The notes under the pieces are model-generated. The model was not told where the DNA came from. It ran no database searches and was given only the letters and a program-made list of their open reading frames with translations. A stretch of DNA of 64,000 bases from Hyphochytrium catenoides (taxonomy: Eukaryota > Protista > Hyphochytriomycota): positions 1 to 64,000 of the forward strand of contig FLMG01002851.1 in the NCBI GenBank assembly GCA_900088475.1, read 5' to 3'. Shown here in pieces: positions 51,631-63,374 of this stretch. Each line of letters starts with the position of its first letter. Position 1 is the stretch's first letter. A program made the position numbers and the translations under genes.

Positions 51631-52323
51631 CCCTCTTTGCAACCCTCCTCCAAACTTCAAAGTTTACCCCTTTTGCCCTTGTCCCCTAAGTCGGCGTCAT
51701 CATCTCAGGCTGTGCTCATAAAGAAGGAAAGTAAGAGCTATTGCCGAGGCCATGACAAGGCTCAAAGCCCCGCTCAAAGCTCATCTCCCTGCTAGTTAGT
51801 AGAGCGCCAGTGCACTATCAACACTGCACAGCTGCTGCCAGTGCTGGGGCGGATCGCGGCCCTGTCTCCTGAGTTCTGATGAGGCGCGAAGGCCAGCGAT
51901 GAATGAAGAAAATGTCCTTTCGCCCTTCAGATATCCTCCAGGACCCGGCAAAATAACCACTTTCTCAGTAGCGGTTAGGCCCTTTTCTCGTGGCTGGGTA
52001 CAGGTTTAACCGGAATGGCTTTGAGGAAATGACTCTATCTGGCTTCTGTCCTCCCCTTGGAGTTAGAGATGATCTGCTGATTGAAGGAAGGAAGCCAGGC
52101 TGCGGCCGATGACGAAGGAAGAAGCACTTATATCGAGGAAGAAGGAGGAGGACCATGGCCTGCCGATGCTCAGACTGTCGTTCGCCTCGAGCTCAGCAGC
52201 AGGTTGCGGCAGTGCAAGCAGCAGGTTGCGGCAGTGCAACGGCTGATTGGACTCAAGAATCTGGGCGGAGCCTGACTTGGTTTGAGAAGAAGTTTTGAAG
52301 GTCGCCCTCTGCCTGTCCTCACA

Positions 52324-54674
52324 ATGGCAGACAGTTCAATCTCATCATGCCTGATGATGCCGGCCTTTGAGAGAGCCAGGAAGCGAGCCTTGGATCGCTC
52401 AAGACGCGACCAAGGTCAGGAGAGCATGGTCTCCACATTGCTAGAGAGATCATTAGACAAAGGCGCCTATGCCGGCATTCACAGTGCTAGCAAGGATGTG
52501 ATCCGCGGCCAAGAAGATGGTCCGGACAAAACGATAGAGCCGTGGTCGAAGACCTTCTTACCGTCTTATAAGCTGACAGCAACGATAGAACGAGTGCATA
52601 GCCTTATGAGAATTCTTTCTCCTGAGCGTGGTCGTATTAGCTTTAGACATGACCCTGTAGGACAGCGGCATGATACTTGCATGGAAATGCGGGATTGGCT
52701 GCAATTTCTCCAGCACCTCGCTTCCCTCAGAGAAGGAGTATGTTCTTCTAATCAGGAAGTTGAGATGAACGACCTACCTGGGGAGACAGCGGCGAGCGAC
52801 ATTAGCGATGACGCTTTCCCCTGGCCCTTGTCGGACATGGTGAGTTCTGTTCTTTGCTGGGTCCTCTTGATGTCGCTCACCGACTAGTCTGCTCGCTCTT
52901 AGGCAGAGTATCAGTACGGACGCCGTCGAACCACGAGAGAAGCATTGGACGACTTTAGACTATGTGTTAAATCTGAGGAGGAGGGCGCTGTGGTCCTGCT
53001 AGTCAACTTGCCGGAGATACCGGAGCCTTCAATCTCTACCCTCATCGTCAAGCCCTTGGCAGCCAATCTGTTCTGCTCTGTCATTGAAGAGAGGGACATC
53101 GTCGTACCCATGGATGATATCACTCATCGGAGCAAAGGGTAGGCTAATGTAGAATGCAGAGCGTTGTTTACACTCTAGCTAATCTCGACCACTCTTCCGT
53201 CCGACCTCTCGTTTGCGCTCATCTCTACGTTCTGGCTACAATCACTTTCTCTCGGTTCTTTATCAATCTCTTTCACCTCCTCGTTCTTTCTTACGCCTTT
53301 TCCCTCTTTACTCACACGCAATCAACCTTGTCTGTCCTCTGGCCTTATCCACGGCCAGATGTGCTTTTCTTCGCTTCCCCTCGTCCGATCTGGCTTCGCG
53401 CCTTATATCGGAGGTCTCTGTCATTCCCTGGAGTAACCACAAGAAGCCGCTTCGAATGCGCCTTGTGCAGGATTATAATGGACATAGTTCGCCAGCTCCT
53501 TTTCCAGGTACTCGATGCGCAACCTCAGGTACCAAAAGACCATTTCCTCCTCCTACTTTGTCTAGATGTAAATCAGCTGGTTAGATGTTTAAGGTCGACA
53601 CCGCCGTTGCCTCTGTGGTAGATGATGAACGAAGAGGCGATGAGAGAAACTCAAAACGTTTCTCATTTGTGAGCTGGTTGCAGAAGCCTAAGAGGGACCT
53701 TGTGCTAGAGACAGAGACAGAAGCCGGAGAGAATGATGGCGATTGCAGCTCTAACTGCTGTGAGACTGAGGAAGAGGAAGACTCGACAGAAGAGACAACG
53801 TACACAGACTCTGAGGAAATCGGGCGCAGAGACGGATCCCAGCCTTCGCATAGTGTTGAGAGAAGACTCTACGCTGCAACCTCTCGCTTAGCACTGATGG
53901 AAGGGAGGCTTGAGCTCGCTCTGATTGAACGTGAGAAGCTCCAATCAAGAGAAGAGGAGACAAAACGGAAATTGCAGGAGCACGCGGCGAAGGCTAGCGA
54001 GCTCGAGGAGCATTTACAGATCTCAGACAGGAAATATGCGAAGCTTCTGGTGGACTTCAANNNNNNNNNNNNNNNNNNNNNNNNNNNNNNNNNNNNNNNN
54101 NNNNNNNNNNNNCGCAGATCGCCTACACAGTCTTAGAGCAGCAGCTGAATGGGCTGACGCAGCAGAAAGTTGCAGGAGCAGAGAGCGGTGGTGGTAGGAA
54201 GGCGAACAGTGGCAGCGGCCTCGAGATGCATAGCAATGCGATAACAAAGCTGGACTCTGCGGTTCCGCAGGCATCTCCAGACCTGACAGCTCTGAATCTG
54301 GAGGAACTCCAAAGACTGGAGCAAGATTTGGAGCTGAAATTGACGAATGTCAGAAAGGCCAAGGTAGGGAATGATTTATGTCGGCTATAACGCTTAGGTG
54401 TCCCCGTGTGTTGGCGCTAGATATATCTGACAGTACCCGGGCGCTGCTGCAGGATTATCAGCTTCTCGTTCAGAGGCAGCAGATGTCTCGGAAGTATGAA
54501 GTAGAGCAGGAGCAGCGTATGTGCTCCATCTGTGCGGACAATGTGAAAACAGTGGTCCTGCTCCCCTGTCGTCATCTATGCGTTTGCAACGGCTGCAGCT
54601 CCAGAGCCGAGCTAAACCGATGCCCTATCTGCCGAGAGCGCGTCAGCGAGAAGATCAACGTCTTCATCTCTTAA
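52324..54674 (+). CDS. Coiled-coil protein with a C-terminal IAP/BOI-type RING (zf-C3HC4_3); putative E3 ligase, start uncertain, contains an N-gap
   Basis: CSICADNVKTVVLLPCRHLCVCNGC.....CPICR...KINVFIS-stop. Upstream are an acidic tract and coiled coil (53585-54363) and several spliceable exons. Confidence 0.75.
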
Positions 54675-55460
54675 GATGGCTAGCACCTATTTGTGAATTA
54701 CTTTTCACTAGGGCGTTTACTAATCATGATGAGATGATCTTGGTATCTATTTATGAAAAGCTAGAAGTGGTAGTCTTGGTCTCCTTCTCTATCTTTTGTC
54801 TCCTTCTGCACAAAAGCAATGTCCCGGACTGGCGTGTTAACTCTTACCCCTTCCCCTGCAATCTTCTTTCCTTCGCGCGTGTAACTCATCCTGATGTTCG
54901 GCCTCCTTGTCCCGGGGCCTTATTCATAGAGCATACGAATATAGGGCAGCTTCTCGATACCCAGCGGGCGAAACTCTTGCACCTCCTATCTTCTTTGTCA
55001 AGAGTCCCGGTGAAACCTGTGAAGACGCTCCATTTCCGCTACTCCCATAGCGCTGTGGCCGGCGTAGCTTTGGCTGCATGCTCCTCGCTGCAGAGAGTTC
55101 GCCCATCTCATGCTATTAGATACCATTTGAGCCAAGTACTTTTCACCTCCTNNNNNNNNNNNNNNNNNNNNNNNNNNNNNNNNNNNNNNNNNNNNNNNNN
55201 NNNNNNNNNNNNNNNNNNNNNNNCTGTATGTCCTTTGTCTGGTGTATGTTATCTGCTGATTCCGCTCATTGGGGGCTTAGCAGCTGGTGCGCTAGTGATG
55301 CCGCTGTGCAGTGTGCACAGAGATCATCAGGTACAATAGCTAGTTGGCAGCTAGTGCCTGTCTCTTATCTAGAGAGGAAGGCAGAGATAGCGTGGGTTCG
55401 GTCCAGAAAGGGGCGAGGTTGGGCATTTCAGCGTCGCTTCTTGACACTCCCCGCGAAGCC

Positions 55461-56435
55461 TCAAACCTTACACGGACAGTCCTTGCACGAGCCCTCTAAA
55501 CACTTCCCTGCCCACTCCACCTGCTCATCCACTGTCTTTCCCATCTGTCCTCTCCAGTGCTTGACCAGCACTTTGTCGCCGATAATATGTGACTCTACGA
55601 GTTCCGTCACAAGGTCAGGCGTCACATAGCCATACCAGTCCCCAATGACCACTCCCGCCTCGTCCCGCCTGCTGAAGATAATAACGTTTCCAGCGTACTT
55701 GTGTCCACCGACATGGGAGCAGNNNNNNNNNNNNNNNNNNNNNNNNNNNNNNNNNNNNNNNNNNNNNNNNNNNNNNNNAGCTACCGCCATAACCGCACCT
55801 AGCATCGCGCTTCATATGCGTGCAGATAAACACACTTGCGGGCGGGAGATGAGAGATCTGGAAGTTGCCAGATCCAAAGACTGCTGCTGCCGTTTGTACA
55901 TCCGTCTTCGCTAGCAAGAAGGTTTTTACGAAGTCCTCTACATTATCAATCTTCAGGCCTGCACAAGTCAAGCGGCAGTGAGAAAGCTTCCCCTCAGGTA
56001 AAAGTTAGCACAGAGAGTCCTACCTCTTATTCGGATAAGGTCTGGGTATACGAGAACATCTCCCTCCTCGTCGCCTGCCTCAGGGATGCCCTCAGCCGCT
56101 GTGAGGCGAATCTTGAAGGGCATGGATGACTTGTGGGCTTTCATCGCAGCGCATAGACCCTGTGGTAGGCCCTCACTTTCCTCCCATCTCGCTGGCCACT
56201 GGAGCGCTTTGCCACTGATGACGAAGAAGTGGCGATTGTACGTATCCACGGTACCCGGCAGGCTCAGAGTCCCGAGCTCCGCTCTCTTAAAGCCATACTC
56301 GGTGTTAGTCAGCACCTCCTCCTCCTTGCGAGCATCCTTCTTCCTCCTTCCCCGATATGTAACAATGGCTGTTGAGGCCACACAAAGAGCGAGTAACAAT
56401 GCTCTAGAGCTCACCAAGCTAAACCCTGCCATCAT
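55461..56435 (-). CDS. Sucrase/ferredoxin-like thioredoxin-fold 2Fe-2S protein (Apd1/Aim32 family)
   Basis: YNRHFFV, WPARWE, DVLVYPD, VFICTH..RDARCG, SHVGGHKYAGNVIIF, WYGYVTP, HWRGQMG. Both the C-x8-C and H-x3-H ligand motifs are present. One intron and one N-gap. Confidence 0.92.
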
Positions 56436-56999
56436 CACTCGTCACCTTGCCTCCCCGCAGTCCTGCTAACGAGTACGGTTGGAAATCTTGGGACTGACAG
56501 GGCGCTTGCCATTGCGCTGGCGGCCTCATCATCATCATCAATCATCAGAAGGCCGCTCTGGCGCTCGGGCAGCTCGGTCAGACCAAAACCTCAACACCAG
56601 AACCCACATCCGACACCTGGGTTCCTTCCCAGAAAGCCCACAATTCGGAAAAGGAACCTTCTACTTACTGTTACCCGTACAACACAAAACAACTTATAAC
56701 CAGGTTACCTACCCAGATCTGTTTACGCTTCTGTATGACAAGCCACAAGCCGCAGAAAAAGACATCAAGAATCCAATAATCTTCTCTCATCAGATGCCAC
56801 TGCTGCTGCTGCTGCTGCTGGTGGTGGCAGCGACACCAGTCTTCAAGAGCAGGAAGAAGCAGATTTAGACACATCTCTTGCCAGCCGAGTTCTATTTAGT
56901 TAGGTGTGCTCAATGCCTTCACTCTAGGACGCTAAGGGAGGTGGACGGAAGTTGAAAGGTTCCTGACAGAAGAGTGGTCCCGCCATCATTCCTTTGACG

Positions 57000-58563
57000 A
57001 TGGCCGCTGAAGCTCGTGATAGCATTCATATCAGGAGAATATCGCGGCATGTTGAAGACGTAAGACCATAGTCTTGTTTTACAGATGAAGTATAGAACTG
57101 GGACTCACATTATGCGAGAATGCTTACTCATAGGCCGGGAGCTTTTTGGCACAGTCAAAGAAAATGGTAACCTGGAGATTCGTTGTTGGTCCGCGCGACG
57201 AGCTCCACACGGTTATTCTGGAGCATTCGCTGCTCAAGGCCAAGAAAATTATCAAGCTCGATGGTTGGCAGATTCTACGGCAGGAGACTCCCACAATGGG
57301 TGATGAATGGAGGCACAAGTTCTTTATTAAAAATTGGGACTTCCCCTGCGAACTTGTTATCCGTACAGTCGCTGCAAGCGTACAAATGTCCGGGATGCGC
57401 TCTCCTTACGACTTAGAACTAAATGGCATCCAGTGGCATGAACTGCCGGAGCAAACAATATCCAGGCCAGGTATAGAGGATCCTTCTTAGACGTCAATTT
57501 GCCAGTGCCTTTCATATCTAAACAGAGTCCGCAGGGGCGTCCTCTAGCGGGTCTCATGTATGGAGCAGCACCAACCTGCCCCGGCAAGTGCAGAAAGTAG
57601 AGGAGGCTGTCTCCGACGAGGAAGTTTGGGTTAAGTGGTTCTTTTGCTTTGGAGTAAGGAGTGAGGTTCACACGCTCATCCTAGAGCACAACGCTTCAGG
57701 GAGAAAGATCTTACGGCTAAACAACAAGGTAGTGTACACCTAGTTCTCTGATTCTTACTACGATGATGTCTTACATATCTCTTACTCTCTCCCGACTGTT
57801 TCTGCTGCAGCTGGCGGCGCAGTATACACAGGATCACGAAGGAGACTGCGAGCTTGTCTGCTCCTTCCCTGGTCACTCCATGACAGTCCGTATCCTAGAC
57901 ACAGATCCTTACACCTATCAGTTAATCGTGGACGGAGTAGATTTTGATGCAATGATTCCAACTGACTTCACGCTAAAAGAAGGCTGGGAGAGCGTCAAGC
58001 CAGCCTCGGGGCCGAAGATGCACTACAGGAATATGAAGACTGGAGAGACGAGCACAGATGTACCGACCCAGCCACGAGGAGATCCGCAAGTTCTCAGTGC
58101 GTCTAAAGAGACCAAGCTTGGAGAAGTTGGGGCTGGCGACACAGTGTTGACAAGCACTAAACGCTTAGGAGAACGAGAAGACATTTCTCATGAAGCAGTG
58201 GCTGACCTGTTAAACATATCTGCCACAAGCGCCAACTCTGCCGCACAGCCTTTTTCAGGACCAAGACCGTTGACGGAAGATATTCCTCCTTCTCATGCTG
58301 AAGTGCGGGATATTCCTACTGCCGAAAGGAAGGCCGCAGCGACAGCAGATCTTCTAGACCTGTCTGCGGAGGAAACATCAATAGTTGCGGCGGTCCAATC
58401 TTTTGATCCATTTTCTACTTCCACCGCGGAGCAGGCAAGCCATGGACCCCTTAGTGACCTGATGGAGGTTCAACATCAACAGCCAATGGCAATGGCTGCG
58501 CGACCGGTAGCATGGGCTGTCAGTGATCCATTCCGAGAGCTCTCGCAGTCTGACGGTCGATAG
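57000..58563 (+). CDS. Protein with two FAIM1-like beta-sandwich domains, an atypical WW domain and a disordered tail with DLL/DPF motifs; 4 exons
   Basis: VTWRF...LHTVILEHSLLKAKKIIKLDG...YDLELNG and VKWFF...VHTLILEHNASGRKILRLNN...YQLIVDG. WW-like LKEGWESV..SG..HYRNMKTGETSTDVP. Exons join in frame from ATG 57000. Confidence 0.7.
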
Positions 58564-58611
58564 TGGACAAGATATAGTCGCGATGCTTAAACAGTACTCT
58601 TCTGATTATCT

Positions 58612-61600
58612 TTATGGCACATCGGAGCTCTGCAACTTAGCTGGTGAGAGCAAAGATGTGGGACTAATCAGCGAACTGACGGACTGGCTGACTGCCAGGG
58701 GAGTGAGGGACGCAGCAGGTGCGCCACATTTCTCTCTGAAGTCTGGATGCTTGGAGAAGATCTTTTCGTAGAAGTCTCGTGTCCTTCTTAGGAACGGGTC
58801 AGCGCTCTGCCATACCTTCTCTATGCCTAGCACGCTATCTAGCGCTCTTATCGCTCCTACATCGCGATGAGCGGAGGGAAGGTCCAACCGTCGAAAAAGA
58901 AAAACAAGATCGAACGACGACCAGGGAGCCCACAGCATAGACCATGGCCGTGCAATCAAGACGTTGGAGTTAGTATTATTCAGCGTTGTTGGCCTTAGGC
59001 TTGACCTAGAGGGCCCTTACCTTGCGCATAGCCTAGCACTTCTTGTGAAGACACACGGGAGAGTGTACCCTGCCGGATCGGAGAGGAAGCTTAGGCAGCA
59101 CGTCCTATATGCGAGCATACCCCATACCAGTATTTATAGCACCCATGCCTTCTGAAATCCACTATTGGCCTCCCTCTGTCTCCACATGGTGACCTCACTC
59201 ATCTTCACAATGGTAACTCTCGCTCTGGCTCAAGTGTAAGCTTTCGTACCTGAACTGTCCACTCACTCAGCATCCTAGCGACTTGTTCGTGCACATGTAA
59301 CGGAACGTTGGCGCCGCTTTTGTCTCCTTCTGCTGAGGTGGTCGCTCCTACTAGTGCTTCATACATAAAGTTATCCATGGCCAATTGTCGTAGGGATGCT
59401 GTGAGACGCTCTTTCCTCGACAGTACGGCGGTCACTAGCGACTGGCAAAAGGAGTCATCGACCAAAAGCTCCTCCTTTGTCCAAAGGTTCTGGAAGAGGA
59501 GCTTACAAGGAAAGACAGCGCCACGCTTGACCATAGTGATTGCATAATACATCATCACCTTAAATGGGTGCAGGAACGAGAGATGAGGAGGATAAATTAA
59601 TGGTTGAGGCCAAGGCAGAAAAGGTAGATAAGCCCATAATGATCCTACTTTGCCAAGGGCGGACTCATAGTTCATGAGCTCTTTCAGAACGGGATCTAAG
59701 GGTGGAAGCGCTTCGATGCCTATTTTGTGGGGAGGGGACACGAAGAGGTGAGGTGATGATTAAGAAGGGCGGAGACCTGTTAATCACTATAAACATTTAC
59801 CTTTCGAAGCCACCAAGCTTCCCGAGACCATACGAATCTCCACCGTGAAATGGGCCATCAATGGACAGAAGACGCGGCCCACTGCTGGATCGGCTTCGCG
59901 CACCACATACTCCTACAGCACACGTTCACAGCCATCAGGGTCACAACGTAAGGAGAGGAGTGGGGCATCAGCGCCACGCGTCAACGTTCAAGCTTACCCT
60001 AAGCTTCTTCATTCTCAATATGGACTCTGGGCTTCCAAGCGTTAAGAGCTGCACAATGCCTGGCATCAAGGGATGGTCCTGGCACCGAGCAGGCAGTTAG
60101 GTTCAAGAGAAAGTGTGCAGTCGATTAGCTGGTTGAGTTCACGATAGCCTCTTGTAGACATTGGGCACCTTCGGCAGCTGGCTTTTCGCAATGGCTTCAT
60201 TCACTACACGGACTAGACTCCTAATGAGCAGGTTCTGGACGAAAGGATTGCCCAGGAGGAAACAGACATCAAGAAGTGCTGGCATGTAGACCTCGCGAGG
60301 CAGAACAGGCTGACCGCTCTGGACAATTGAGAGGAGAGCGGCGAGTAAATAAACGTTATCGCACTGCCACTTAGTGATGGCAAAAGGCGGATTGGAGAGC
60401 TCACTCTACCCACATGATTCGGGCTTGCCAGCGTCCTTCTTCTCTTGGGCCTACTGCCTGGTTGCCGCTGCGGATTCAGCATCAATCGAGCCGCTTCAAA
60501 CACCTTCTCCGCCTTCGACTGGAGTTTCTGTGAAAAGGACAGAGACGTACATGGCAGGGTCAGACACAAGGCGAACCGCACGCGACGATAGTTGACCCCT
60601 GTCATCATCAAATGGAGATTCCGTGCAAGCCCTGCGGAGCCGTTTGGCCGTTTCTCTCTACCCATGATACCCGCTGTATCTCTTCAGCCCATAAAGTGGA
60701 ACTGTACCTTAGCATGCTTGAAGTATATAGTGTCAGGTTCATTGAAGAGGAGACAGTTATTGATCATCAACTGGAAGTCAGATTCAAGGTCTTCTACCGA
60801 CTTATACTGCTCAAACGTAGAGGGCAAGACAGGTGCGAAGGCGTTCAGCGTGATCATGTGTTAGGTTAATGTTCCCGGATGTCAATAGCAAGTCTTGGCT
60901 AATTTTACCTCTTCCCCTTCAGCCTTTCGCTGCATAGTAGAGAGATCCATGGGTTCGGAGATAATCTCCCGGTAACCTGGCACATCGTCTGGAACGGGTA
61001 GTGCAAATATATTGTGGGTATCATACTTGCTTAAGCTGGATAACACATACTGCAAGACCTATGCCGCGTGGAAAGACGAAGCAACGTTAGACATCACAGT
61101 TTGACACGCCTGGCACTAACACCCTATTCAAGCAAGCTTTAAACACTTTGGTGTCAGCGCAGGTGCGCACAGGTCCAAAATCATCAGGTAAGGTAGAGCT
61201 TACTACCAGGAGGAAACGCCGCCATCACCATTCTCTAACCACTCTAGCTGCTCTAGGAGTGGGGCTAGATTCATGCATCGCTTTAAAACCTCAGAGCTTT
61301 CGAATGCTCCTTTTGAGCCTGGCAGGCAGTAAGTGGCTCACCTCAGGAAGGGGTATGGGTGCGTAGTCAGCTTCATCGTCATAGTCACCAAGCATACTTA
61401 TATCCCCTGAAGAATGAGCTTAGCCTTCAGGTAACATCTCCCGTCGCCTTTTGCTCTTACCTAGTCGGTACTCTGCGATGATCTTCTGGATTTCGGTAAG
61501 CCTGGAGCTGTCCAGGTGGGGATACTTTAGCGCTGCATCCAGCGCCCACGCCAAGCGACTAATAGAGTCCTCCTTTAGGGCCTATGCAGAGACAGAGTTG

Positions 61601-63374
61601 AGGCCATAGAGTTCAATTATATATAGATACGATAGTGAGCGGAAGCATAGGGGTAGAAAGAGGAACCTTTACCAGACTTACCGATGGTTGAACGTCCTTA
61701 TGTGAGAGGATGATATCCATGCGAAGTGCCAAGAGAAGCGGGTTCTGTGTCTCTTCGTATTTCTCAGCGATGAGCGTTGAGAAAGAGTTGAATAGGGTCT
61801 ACGAAACATAAAGGACGGAAGTAACCGGGAAAAGCAGAGGTGGAAGAGACCTTTAATACAATGTACCGCAGATTACGGCGTCTTCCAGCTCCTCTAACCT
61901 TGGAAGTCCCAAGAGCTGTGATAATCTTGCGTAAGCTCTGGTCGCCGTGCCGTCTAAGAAAAGATGGGGTCGAGAGCCATCGAGAAATAGAAGTCGGAGA
62001 TTGAGTCTAAAAGAAGCATATCACCTTTCTTGCCCCATTGTAACTATTTCACTCTTCAATGCGTTGACAAGTTATCACTTTGACCAATGTACCATCATCT
62101 TCCCATATCTCCACTCTCTTGAATCGTCTTTCTCGATCAGGTGGACAACTCCGCTACGTTATTACTCCTCCTCGATCTTACCTGGTCTCTGCCGAGATGG
62201 TATGGTCTCCGGTCATGTCCAGGGCATACGATGCCGTGTGTCTGTTTTTTACATAGTCTTCTATATAGCCTCCCACCGCTCCGAAGAACACTTTCTCATC
62301 CAGCTCCCAGACTCTGCTTTTCACATGTAGAGGTAACTCCCTCATGATATCAGGCTTGATAGCTAAAGAGCGAAGGAAAGGCTCTGGAATATGCGACCCA
62401 GGGCGTGAGATAAGAGCAATAGGGACAGGGCGGAGCTCTGGGAAGTCAATAAAGGGAAAGGTCTTGGCAAGAAGGATGCCAAGCTTTTCAGCCTCCATGG
62501 TCCTGATGCGGTCTATGTATAAGAACGAGCGTGGAGAGCAATAGTTAGACTTGTTTGTGTGCTGCTTTGCTGGAGTACAACCTGGCCCTTTAACCCTCTT
62601 CTTCCCCTCTTATCCAGTCTCTCCTCAAGCTTTGGTCTTTACTCTTTAGCTCCCTCACTAACACTGTCCCCTTTATGTGAATGTTGGACCTCACCAAGTA
62701 AGTGCCGGCGCAGCTCTGTGACAATGGAAAGATAAAGGTCTGATCGCGCCATGTTTAGCTGTTCAAGCAGCGTAATGGCCGAGTCCACGCTTCCTAGTTT
62801 GAGAGCGTTCTGCTGCTGGAACTCGGTGATCGTCATCGCTGGGTCAGCGGATTTGCTGTAAGGGAAAATGGGAAGGGAAGGAGAGAGCGGATAAGTCTAA
62901 GAGAGCGGCGATAGAAGACAGAGTACACGCGACAGAAAAAAACCAGGGAGTTAGTAGGAAGGAGACAATAGTCCAAGCTGTCATTCCTAGAGACGGCGAG
63001 ACTAGAGCTATTCTCTCAGCTCCAAGCGCTTATAGGGAAGTCACATGGCAAGAGTATGGCGCGTTCTCAGCAAGGTAATCAGAGTAATCAAGCCTTCAGC
63101 AACCCAAGAGCACGGAAGGGAGAGACTCACGAAAGAGGGCCAGCAAGAGAGAGGATAAAGAAGGGAGAGAGCAGTAAGGCGAAAGAAGGACCGCACACAG
63201 AGGAAGAGAGTAGAGAGAGAGAGAGACAAGGGACAACGAGAAGAGAAATAAAAGACAACTTATATCCACGTAACAGGACCTTAGGGCATCGCGCAGGACT
63301 GCTCCTCCAAGCGAGCCAATCAAGGCCACCGGAGAGTGACCGGGATTCATCTCTCCGCCTCCCACCGTCGACAT
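58612..63374 (-). CDS. NELFB: Negative elongation factor B (COBRA1) homologue with an internal bromodomain; multi-exon
   Basis: Colinear NELF-B motifs: LRDALSKSADPAMTITEFQQQNAL, LLAKTFPFIDFPELRPV, LPLHVKSRVWE, LLALRMDIILS, RLAWALDAAL...DSSRLTEIQ, LLDVCFLLGNPF, SQLPK|DHPLMPGIVQLLTLG. Bromodomain exons are 61058-60909, 60806-60708 and 60527 onward. Confidence 0.88.

Noticed and set aside
54521-55339. 272-aa plus-strand ORF overlapping the RING exon
   Set aside because: It is an alternative frame of a real exon, extended through a 72-N gap, with no domain signal.
11815-63374. Functional cluster of nuclear/RNA-metabolism genes (IMP4, IGHMBP2, RCC1, NELF-B)
   Set aside because: They are interspersed with unrelated genes and belong to a large functional class, so chance adjacency is sufficient.
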